Below, piece by piece: positions 14,010 to 25,200 of a stretch of DNA of 64,000 bases. The stretch covers positions 558,001-622,000 of the forward strand of contig JAQGDQ010002371.1 of the NCBI GenBank assembly GCA_030141605.1, written 5' to 3'. Position numbers and translations under genes: made by a program. The stretch comes from Tubiluchus corallicola. Taxonomy: Eukaryota > Animalia > Priapulida. Below the pieces are notes generated by a model. The model did no database searches, had not been told where the DNA came from, and worked only from the letters and a program-made list of their open reading frames with translations. Each line of letters begins with the position of its first letter. Within the stretch, counting starts at the first letter, position 1.

Positions 14010-17000
14010 CACCAGGTTGCGAGTAAAGAAAAGGAAGCCGGCAAATAAATGTTTTTTGTAACACGATCAGAGTGAGATCATTAGCCTTAAATATGCCTAA
14101 ATTGTTAATACTGATTTGCAGGTTCGATTATGCATGACTGCTCAAGCCAGCTTTGTGAAGACATCAATCGAAGCTTCGATCAAAAAGATTTCCTTTAAAG
14201 TGTGATACAAGGCTATACCTAACAGCGATGCTCAGCTTCTCGAATGTGGAGACGGCTGAAAAAATGTCTTGTGGTTTCGTCTACCACTGATCTTAGCTTT
14301 TTATCCCATTGATCAAGGATGTGTCTGAATAAAACCGAGAATTTCTGCCAGTTCCATGTCTCCTTTTAGATAATTATTCTTGATAATGAACCAGATTACG
14401 ATTCTAACTTCATTAGATAAAGTATTTTACTGAAGTATTTTAAAGCTTTACTGTTTCGTGACGTAACAACATCCCTTTCAACAATGGTGATGCTGCAGTT
14501 ATTGAAGAAGTTAGTGTAGATGGGATTTTTACAGTTTTGCCTTATGTGAACTACTGAAAATAAGTTCTGCATAGTCATATTTATAATTAGAAGAGACAGG
14601 TGGTTGACAGGTATTAATAGGGGTGGTTGACTTGGTGACCCTTGGTCTTTTCGCCACCTCGTCTCTTTTATGTCTTTATTTTAGTCTTTAGCCTTTGTTT
14701 ATGTTTATTTTGCAACATACACAGACAAAGAATTTTTTATTTCGAAATGAATGTTCCCAAGCGTAAAGTCCAACAATTTTACTGTTGAAACTTTCGTACA
14801 TTTTTCTCAAATGTTACAATAATCCCAATTTCTCAAGAGACTTGACTTTTGCTTTTGGGTTAATATTAATTTTAATATTAATTTTTGGGTTATTCGCTTG
14901 AAAATAACTCTATAGAGCCGCTCATTTCGCTGTGATGTTGTTCTCGCTCGTGTAATACCAAACTCATTCTATACCATTTTTACCTTGTACTGCAAGTACT
15001 TGTACCAAACGTGCCTGACAAAACTTCATTAGTACCATGTTTACCAGTACCAAATTTTCCCTGTACCAAAATTTTCTCGTACCAAAATTACCAGGACCAG
15101 ACTTACTTGTACCGAACTTACTAGTTCCAAAATTACTGCGCACTAGTTTGCACTACCGTAGTGCTGTTTAGTTATAGTTTACCACCTATATATTGCTAAG
15201 TCAGTTGTGCCGTTCAGTGTCTGGAGTTAGTGTCTTTGCAACATCTACATTAGTTAAAGTCTGCCATTGAGCACTGGTCAAAGTTTGAAAAGTGTTACAC
15301 TCCACAAAAAAATCTGACATTTTTTCGACTTGAACCAGTAACCTGTTGAACACAACCAACTTCAACAACAATGGCGAAAAGAAAAGGGCTTCAACTGACT
15401 AGATGAACTTTTGTGCAATTTAGCACCTACATTGACTACTGTGTAAGCGTTGTTTACAGACATGGCTATAATTGAAATAAACAAGACAGAAGTGATGTTT
15501 TGCACAGCTTCTTGGTTCATTTCCTGCTGCAGGTAGACAATTCCAAGTATTATACCCATTACCTACAAAAGAAAAATTTGTGAAAACTGAAAAGAGTTGA
15601 AAAAAGCATCAGATGTTTTGCACTAATAAACCTCTCACATACAATATTTTTCGCATCACATTCACATAGCTTTTAGTTAGTTAAGTCTGATTTCTACTCA
15701 CCATTGTTTGAAAAGTTCTCACTTTTATTGCCATTGGATCTCGAATCACGCTGATTAATGCTCTGTGTGTTAGAGTGATAAATTGCTTTATCCAACTTGC
15801 TTTATACCTAAATGAAACATACGCTAAAATGTTTGGTTAACTGTAATAAGCAGGCGACAGGCTTTTAGGCTTGTAATTGCTAAACCCCTTACAATAATAA
15901 TTGGGGTGTGCTGGCTATAATTAGAAGAAATAGGATGCCAGTGATTGTTATAATTGGCTACTTGATTTCCTTCATTAAAGTGTACACGAGTCTGATAAGG
16001 AAAAGATGACAAAATATCAGTGATTGTTTGGAAATACTTGATAAGGAAAACCTACCTCGAGTTAAATTGGTGAAATCGAAATTTAAATGTTGGCACTCAT
16101 TCACTTGTGCAGATACTTCGTCGCAAATGCATCAGAAAGTACAACCACAATAATCGTGACAACAAAAATGCTAACACAGCAAGGAATTCACATGCATTTT
16201 AAATTTGGAAGTCTGGTTTTTCAGTTTTTGTATTCTTGTTTCCAGTGGCATTTTCAACAATTTTTCAGACAAAAAGTAGCTAAAAATAATTCAATAAAAA
16301 CTCATAAACTGCAGTCTTTTGTATTATTACTAAATAATTAAAATATAGTTACTGGATTGTATTTAATGAAAAGAGGTTACTTACGTTGAACGATGAGCCA
16401 GCAATTCACCGAACTGAAAAAATGCATGTATAAATAATTGCAATGAAACTGCTGGAAACAGCTATCTTGGTTTGGCGTTAATTGTAATACATGACAAGAT
16501 GTTACAAAATTGCATTTACTGCAAACATCAACAAAGCACACTACAAAGCGGAGCATCACCTGACAACAGGGGGTCGTAGTATTTTTCAAGTATTGGTTCC
16601 CGTGAATCCGACTTTTAACCTTGGGACTCCAAAAGCGATAAGGTTCTTCTCCTATTGATGGGCGGCCCAAATGTGAAAGTCGAATGCATTGCATTAATTC
16701 TTTAGAGTTAGAATGCATCCGCAACCTTTTTCAAGTAGTGTATCCTATGACACTGACTTTTGATCTTAAGGCCTCAAAACCCATAAGATTCTTCCCCTGT
16801 TGACAGTCGATGAATACATAAAATATGAAAGTTTAGGCTACGTCTTCACAAACTTTTCCAACTGAGACGTTGACCTTTGATAAGGGGCCCACAAAGTCGA
16901 TAGGTCGTTCTTTTACTGACTGATGAGCCTATATATTATATGAAAAATGAATGTCATGCTTCAAAAAAGGTTAGCTCGAAAAGTGTTCACAAGACCAATA

Positions 17001-20000
17001 ACGAATTACAGACAAACGAACGGGCAGAAGCATGGACGGCCAAACGGACAGATGCACGAACAGAGGCTTACTATACCGAATAACATATTAATAGATTCAA
17101 CATTAGCGATTGTTAATAGATGTTACTAAATTGAACAACATATTAAAAGATTCAATGCCAATTGTTATCAGCTGCTTTCTTACGTCAATGAGCTGTTTAT
17201 TTCGATTATTCTCCATGATAACTTGTTTGACAAGATAACCTTGAGGGGACACTTCAAATGCGTTACATATTCTCTGAAAGTAACAAGTTGGAAAGTAAGA
17301 AAAACAAAAAGACAGTTTTAATTAATGAAAATTACAATTAATGAAACCCATTATTCACCTAACAAATTATTAATAAAAAAATGTTTTAACAAAATTCAAT
17401 TGAAGATATAAGCTCAAATAATTATAAAATCTTTACTACAGGTAACGCTGCAGCTGCGTACGTACCTCTACTTTGTCTTTGCATTGGGCCTCCTTTTCTG
17501 GGATTACAGCTAAACTGTGCACATAGTAATCAGCAGGATTAAACTTTGGTGGACATTTGCAATCCATCGTCTTGAAAAATGTATGAATAGTTTTTCTTGA
17601 ACCTAAATACGCCACCCTGCCTTCTGCCATTAACAATATCCTGCATTACAATTTAGAGAATAGTAATTTATTTTTACATATATAGGCCTATATAAAAAAC
17701 ATTGTCAAGCAGTTGTTTCTATGGTCCAAGTAAGTCAGCAGAAGGCAAATTTGGAATTTTAAGCTAGCAAAACAAAGTCTAAAATCAGCAAAAAACTGTA
17801 TCCTAAAATTACAAAAAAATGCTCAGGAAAAAGCATAAGTAAATAGAAATACATAGGCATTTAAAAATGCTATCTACTGTTATTCAGCACTAGAAACTAG
17901 TGAATACGTTAAATATGTCTTAGAAAGCCTAATAGTCATACGAGATTTAAAAGTTAAAAATTTAAAATATAAATAACTAAATACAAATTATTAATGGTTT
18001 CAGGTAAAAAACATATTTTAAATTTGAAATGACTCAGCAGTAAAATTGGAAGCCAAAAGTAACTACGTAAGTCACTATTACTGTTAAAATGGTTTATAGT
18101 GAAGCATGAAATCTACATTTTTGCATGTAAAAATTGTATACATAGCACTTTTACCTGTCGAACATGGCATACACTTCAGATGAAGGTTGATGTATGGTGC
18201 ACAGGATAGTTCGCCCTTTACAAGCCATGTCTTTCAAAACACATATGACGTTTTGTGCCATAAAGGAGTCCAAACCAGATGTTGGTTCATCGCAAAACAT
18301 TAATTTTGGATTTGTTAGCATCTAGAAAAAGGCATTTATTTCATTATAGTTGTTGAAATAATTATGACAAATGTTTTTTCTCTTTACAGATTATTTGTAA
18401 ATGCTATAATGCTAATTCAAGACCCACAACAGGTATAGTTAGAGCAAACTTATTTTCAAACAATGATTTTAACAGTCTTTTAAGAAAAATTGTTATGACA
18501 GTGATAGGTAGGTAAAATTTTCAAACCATTCTGCATATAGTAGCTCCCATGTCATTATTAACCTTCAGTAATAGCACAGACACAAAAGGTGCCAGCAATA
18601 TTTTAATAAATACAAACGAGTAAATGCTTATTCATTATCAAAGTATAACTTACTAACCTCAGATGCAAATGCAAGACGCTTTCTTTCGCCTCCTGAAATA
18701 CCTTTTATTCTACCAGGGACGCCTATCCATGTGTTCTCGCATTTCTTTAAACCAAGCTGTAATGGCAAATAATGATTTCACATGATTTTGCTTCATTCTT
18801 TCTATTCTTTTCATAATTTTTTCGATGCCCCCTTTTCCCTTCATTCCTTTTTAAGTCTTTCATTCTTCTGAACATTTTTTATGCTTTTTCTTTGACTATT
18901 TTTTCCTCTTTTATCATCGGCAGAATTGAGTAATTTAATTATGGCTCGACAAAATGTAGTATAAATTATTTTAAGATCCTAAAAATGAATACAGGTGTAG
19001 CAAACTACCTCCGTGAGAGTTTCTTCAACTTTCTTCATTCGCTGAGAATACGTGAATTCTTTGTCCATTCTCAATAGAGCCTACAACTCAAACCAACAGA
19101 TATTTTAGATTTACAATTTTGCACAGCAGCATAAGACTTAAGCTGTGCTGCAGTCTATATTGTTGTTGCAGTGATCTAGTGTTTAGCATACATTGTTGTC
19201 CTGAACGCTATACTGTATCGCCTGACATTTTTGTATTGCTGTATTGTATTGCACTGCATTGTTGTTGTGTTACTGAAATGTATTGATTTGTTGTTTTTTA
19301 TGTTGATGCTGAATTGTTTGCAGTCGTATAGTTTGTTTCAATGTATAAAAATAACCTGCATTGTACAAGGTACACTAAAATGCACTACCTTACTCTGTCA
19401 GCCACACTTTGGTTTAATTATTTTTGTTATTTATTTTTTTAAAAAACGTTTGAAAAATGCTTTTGGTACTCTATATAAGACGGTAATAATAAGCTAACTT
19501 ATCAAAAGAAGTGTAATGAACCGAAAATCTTAAACAGTTTCAAATGTAGACAAACTCCGTGTGGTGAAGCTTCTGATAGTACAATTAAAATACCTGAAAT
19601 CTCAAATGTTCTTTTACTTTCAGGGTACCAATGAACAAATCTTCCTGCTGAACGTATGCCGAGATGGACCTCATGCCAGGACCAAAACCAATTGGCTGTC
19701 CATTAATTTTGACTGTACCCTCAACAGTATACATTTCAGTATTCCTGTGCGTCAGAATGTTCATAAGTGTACTTTTGCCTGCACCACTAAAACAAACAAA
19801 CAACAAATGAATCTTGCTTCTGGTTCGTATCCTTACTTGTCAGCCAATCGGCTTGTAAAGTAATAATTATTGCAAAACTGATTCAACATGAATTTTCTGC
19901 TAAGATGATTTCGGAAAATAATTACAGCTAAATAAACTCTTTTAAATCGATCCGAGTGTGTAGAATCTATTTTGCCTTCAATTTGACAATATAAATATTT

Positions 20001-21460
20001 TTGTCAACAATATAATTTTTTTTAATATGACTATGCTTTTATACCTGGCACCCATAATTGCTAACAGCGTACCAGCTTTTGCGTACCCAGTAACTGCAAT
20101 AACAAATTTTCACATAACATATTAATGAAACTTGTAAATTAATGTCGTTGGAATAAACAAGCAAGCAGAACAACTTTTTACAACAATTTACTAGATGCAG
20201 TTGGGCTGAGCGCTCCTAATAGACTACAGTGAATTACTTAATCTCATCATTAACTAAATAACAAGCCTACACCTCTCGGAAATGCATTTTCCAAAACATT
20301 CTCAAATTTAAAATGGCATAAAGTAAAACCAAGCTGCATTAACAGTGCAGTCTCCTGAGTATAGCATGAAGGTGCTGCTGCCTTATCCTTTGTGCTACGG
20401 AACTTATAGTAGAAGCAAGCTCTCAGCTCTAAGCGAGAACTCGAATCACTTTACTGCAGCACAAAGCTATGCTAAACTAAATACGAAAATTGGGTGCAGA
20501 GTGAAGAAAACGTGTTATTACAAAAATTATTTACAGTTTCTATATGCGCTCTATTTACACGATGTTAATTTATTCGGGTGGCCAGTGACTACACCTATCA
20601 GAAACAGCACAATCTTTTGCAGAAGCAACCCGTTCCGTGCTAGTTTGTTTAACGTATATTTCTCAAAATTATTTACTTTTAAAGGAATTTAAAGAAGCAG
20701 ATTGTTTAACTTAGATGCACATTGAAATGGCCAACTCAAGTTGTTAAAATAATGTGACAAAGACTAATTTAATGTCGTGCTAGTAAATAGTCTTTAAATT
20801 TTGTTTTAATACCATTTCGGAGAATATGCTTCTTAACTCTTTTTTCTGTTTGCTTTTCCGGGTCAGATTGTCCAGCTTCTCTATCATGTCGACTTCGTCC
20901 ACCTTTCAGCGTCGCCCAGACGTTTATATTCTCCCAAGTTATGTTAACCTAAGCAACATAATAATTTCATACTCATAATCGTAAGAAAATTGATAACAAA
21001 CAGAGTTTACAATAAATTTTATGTATTTATTTGATAATAAATATTGTTGGTTTGACTATATATAATTCGATCGATGTTATACTGTAAAATGGAGTGTACT
21101 GAATGGATAATATTCAAGCAAAATGGAATCAAGAAAGTGGTTGCTCAATATTATTTTCATTTGGTTTGTAAAACGCTAAAACGTTTATTACGATTGCTGA
21201 AAGATAGCCACATAACGTTATGAGCATCAGCGAGCTCTCTGTGCCTCTTAACATATAAGGAATTCCTAACTTACCGCATCAAGTTCACTAACACTCAGTA
21301 CTTTTTTAATGGGTTCCTTTCTCATCACATGTTTCGACATGTCAGCAAACTGAATGCCAGAATTTGAAATCTCTTCGTACATCGGTACATGAACATTACT
21401 TCTACTGATGGAATAATCACTAGCAGCATTGTCACAGGCAGCATTGTTGCCAGTATCCAT
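10879..21460 (-). CDS. White-like ABCG half-transporter, copy B (19 exons, ~683 aa, chimeric exon 12)
   Basis: Exons: 21275-21460, 20813-20948, 20045-20093, 19594-19786, 19009-19080, 18658-18756, 18155-18321, 17466-17640, 17184-17273, 16385-16413, 15702-15807, 15431-15562, 13647-13739, 13216-13273, 13030-13107, 12088-12193, 11620-11720 (GC donor), 11349-11428, 10879-10980. They sum to 2052 nt in one open frame. Motifs are intact: [43 protein letters not shown] and a TMD with FGGLLLN. Confidence 0.9.
12449..12725. repeat. ~160-bp direct tandem repeat (2 units) in intron 15 of B (also ~25430-25730 in C)
   Basis: ATTC(A/G)CCT(T/C)GTCT..GGCAAACACAGCAG..TATTGTTAGTACA occurs twice. Confidence 0.75.
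13959..14005. repeat. (AT)n microsatellite (shorter at ~26978-26998 in C)
   Basis: Seen directly. Confidence 0.9.
14546..14600 (-). pseudogene. Displaced 3' half of the original exon 12 inside intron 12 of copy B
   Basis: Reads (L)[17 protein letters not shown], nearly identical to C 27542-27596. It has no acceptor, and its donor is ATAAGG where C has GTAAGG. Confidence 0.88.
14950..15140 (+). repeat. Degenerate ~15-bp GTACCAAA minisatellite (also ~35320-35490), probably a transposon subterminal array
   Basis: About ten (G)TACCA(AA)/GTACCGAA units at roughly 15-20 nt spacing in both homologous tracts. Confidence 0.6.
16494..17080 (+). mobile_element. Helentron/HINE-like non-autonomous repeat in intron 9 of B (paralogous copy ~28563-29140 in C)
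   Basis: TTGACCTTTGA-type motifs followed by a degenerate GACA/GACG microsatellite (CAGACAAACGAACGGGCAG..GGACGGCCAAACGGACAG) and TTACTATAC. This layout is typical of invertebrate HINE/DINE-like elements. It is absent from the short intron 9 of D. Confidence 0.4.
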
Positions 21461-22284
21461 ACTAAGTATGCTCTCGCAAAACGTTTAAAATGGCGTACGC
21501 TTATAATGATTCAAACATTTGCTTAAAGCAAAACATGTCACTTATACATGCATAAAATATTGTACTTCAACCTCACGCAACAACAGTATATTGTGAAAAG
21601 TCACGTTTCACAATGAATTTTAACATGGATTAACACAAGCAAACTATTTATTTAAACCTAAACAACTAAAATAAGATTCAAAACAATTAATAAAAAATCC
21701 CAGAATAGTTTTCAATTAATTGTTACGTCTTATTAACGAGACACAGAACTGTATCATCAAAAGTTCACACCACACATCGATTTTACTTGATATCAACTAA
21801 TAGCAAACAAACAGTGAGGTTCTTTATGGCGCACAACTTTCAAGGTGCAATGAAGGTGAAAGACTAAAGGTGAAAACTTCTGGAGCTTTTAAATGGCTAT
21901 TAAATGTGACTGTAACATAGATTGAGAAAGCACAGCTGTACCCACTAAAAGACTGCCTAGTTGACTTAAATAAATAGAAGTTTTTGCTTAAATGAAGAAC
22001 CAATTCTGGAATAAGATTGTGTTTTAATATACACCTAAAAATTTTAATTAAGACGTAATATACGCGCATAAAATGCGCTGCTTAAAATTGCGAAAGAAAT
22101 TTAAGTCATTCATATCTCTCACCAAACAAACCTTGCTGCGGGAGTATGGTAAAAAATGACGTAAGCTGGTGGAAAGCACGAAGGCATGCATTACGATGCT
22201 TTTGCACTTCACTCAAAAATCCCACTATTGTAGCTGAATAAAGAGTCGCTTACAGAACATCCGGAATGCGTTATGCGTTATGCA

Positions 22285-25200
22285 TTTCCAACTGGTTATT
22301 CCCAGACGAATTTTCTGCTGGTTTGTTTCTGCTTCGCCTTGTCTCAAAGACAAAAAAATTAAATGGAAAAATCGATAGAACAGGACAGGTAAACCTTTAT
22401 GTGAAGAAACAACAGATAGCAAGAGATATTTAAGCTTTGTCAATAAAATCTGTAAAAGAACATTATACAGTTCCCGGCTGATATAATTTCGGTTACGCGT
22501 GTTTAATGTAAGCAACGACGTAAATGAGTCCGTCAACGTGAAACCTATGTTGTTATTTGTAAACCCTCAAATTAATTTTTGCGTAGGCTTACATAGGATT
22601 TAAATTTATTCGAACTAGAATTAAAGCAGTAAATTTTTTAATCTTAACTTTAAACCAGTAGGCTTGGTAAGCATAAATGTGTGACCACTTGTAACAGTGT
22701 CTGCCATAACTTATTTTGAAAAGTAAGTCTACTTACACAGCTCACTGTAGCGTACGTTGACTCAGCACAGAACAATAGAACAAATATTAAATGCACATAA
22801 TATATAAAGCACCATAATCACGCTTTGACCATTGACGTCGTTAAGCCAAAAGAGTAATGCGGACGTGTCATGGGTTTTTATATGCAGTGTATCCTGTTCC
22901 TTGCATAACATGCATACAGAATATTTTATACTGCTTATTCTACCATCGGTAATAATAGTTTCAAGACCATCGTGCGCCTTGTGCTATAGTATTCTCTCTC
23001 TTTCTCCCTCTCTTTCCTCTCTCCCTCTCTTTCTGTTCTCTTTGTATTTGTTTTTCTGTTAAACACTTTCTAACTGTTATTGTCAATTTTTCTTTCACTT
23101 TTTTCTCCTTGCCTTTAAGCTCTTTCTTTTGTATTTCTATTCATTTATTTCATTCGGTTGTTTAGACAATAAAAAAATCACAATGTCAGACATAATATAC
23201 AGACAATGACGATATGTTATAAAAAAATACTAGAAAGTTGGGAAGCTTTTATTGACACACTGCAAACAACAGTAGCCTACAATCATTTATACATATTATA
23301 ATATTTTTGCAAAGAATCGCATAAATACTGAAAGAACCCAAAGCGTTGAACATGTGTTAAACATATCAGACTATTTAATCATTTAAATCCTTTAGATTTT
23401 AACATTGTATAACATCTTAATATTATGTAGCATGTATGGGTGTCCTGCCATAAGCCATAGCTTCTTAGGTCTCCCTTCATTATCTTTTTTAAAAACAGTG
23501 ATCATTTTCGCGTAATTATTTTTTTACTTTATTGATTATATATTGTATTTCAAAATTAATGTGATTACGATATATGTTAAATCAATATATTATTTTAAGG
23601 TTGAATTGAATTTGAGCATTTCGGCTTTATAAACTGCCACTGTAAAAACCTATTACATATCCACGGTAAAGAAAAAACTAAATGCAAAACATTGAGTTTG
23701 TTGGATTTAGGCCTACATTACTGATTTAGAATTTTAACAAAGAAATACTAAATTTAAGTGTAGATAATTAACTTCGGATTGGAAAAGCTTCAAAACAAGA
23801 TAAGCATAGACTTTAATTTTGCACTTTAAATGCATCTATTTCTGGCATCATGTCATCAACCTAGCCTTTATTGCGTGTTCGAAATGAAAGAATGATGAAA
23901 CCCAAAAGCCTGTATCCAGCCATCAGAACGAATAACAAGCCAACGTTCTGGTACATATTATCCTGAAAAAGACAAATAAAAACAATATAACTATATTATT
24001 TAAGGAAAATAAGGAGTCCAAAAATTGGATTACAGCAAAAATGTTCTCATACAAATCTCAAAACTAGATCACAGTTGTTAGCTCAAGCTTATACCATAGG
24101 AAAATGTCAAAAATTTCTTCCTGAGAATTTTGTGTCACACTCTTAAAAGACTGTGTCAGACTCTTTTGAGTCTGGCTTCTTAAAATAATGAGGGTCATGA
24201 AATTCATAAAACCTGAAAATTCTGTTAGCGTGTATCACCACTCTCATCCAATTCAAACAGTTTTCTTGTAAATAAAACTGCTGTGTTTTGACATACACAG
24301 AAACGATTTCTGTTAAGATACCTCTTTAAAGTTGAACTGGTGAAGCACAGCTGTCCCATCATGTATGCAAGGCCGCTGAGTTTCATTGCCATTTTCACAT
24401 GCTATAAATTAAACATGTAATGAAAATTCCATATAATATTTTAATAATTCACAGTATTAAGATAAGCCTAAGTTGATAAATTGTCTACACAGAAAAATTT
24501 CGAATAATAAAATATGCCAAATTGCACTAAACTGTGATTAACAGAATTTATTGATGGAACATTTATATGCTACCCCCAGCACAAATACTTGCATATTTCT
24601 GTAACATCTTTCCATTGGTTGATGTTCAGAGCCTCATTCCCGTATTTAAACCAGCTGAGATATTCAAGCCATATAAAATATACAGGAATCGACCTGGAAA
24701 TACACATTCATATTATAATTCAGATAATTCGGCAATGCCTTTTGTCATCATCAATGTGAACCCAAACGTGAAAAAAATCGTTCATGATAGCAAGTGGTCT
24801 TGCCGCATGCCCCTGAATAACGCACAAAAAAGTCTTGAAGTCCACGTTGAAAAATTTTTCGCCTGCGTTCCTGGTTTTACTCTCAATTTAATATCTGACT
24901 CAGTCCTCAAATTAATTTTCTGCCATCTGCTTAGCCAGCTAATTCTATCTACACGTTCTTGAACAGTGATAGTGAGCAGGCAAAGCCCTGTCATTAAATA
25001 GAGCACCTACATAATAATATTAATACCTTGCAACTATTGTTGTTTGGTAAATTTAACTTACTCCACATTCAGCAATAGACCACCAAACAGCATCATTGGC
25101 ATAAGAAATGGCGCAGCAGCAGCCATTACAATCTCCGGATTGGAGGAGAAGCAAGACATCATATAACCTGGAAAGGAAATGAAAAAAACGATGAGTTGAT

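Larger units (their letters stand above)
9282..22285. repeat. Tandem segmental duplication, unit 1 (contains copy B)
   Basis: Colinear high identity with 22285-34345 through introns and intergenic DNA, starting at TTTCCAACTGGTTATTCCC (9282 and 22285). Paired ORFs in the track confirm this (e.g. 11594/24567, 19585/31651, 20345/32410). Confidence 0.93.

Noticed and set aside
14546-15562. Mutually exclusive alternative exons 12a/12b in copy B
   Set aside because: The second unit is only a half exon, with no acceptor and an AT donor, so it cannot be spliced canonically.
20345-20692. 115-aa plus-strand ORF repeated at 32410-32712
   Set aside because: Intronic, GTG start, premature stop in the second copy and no recognisable motif.
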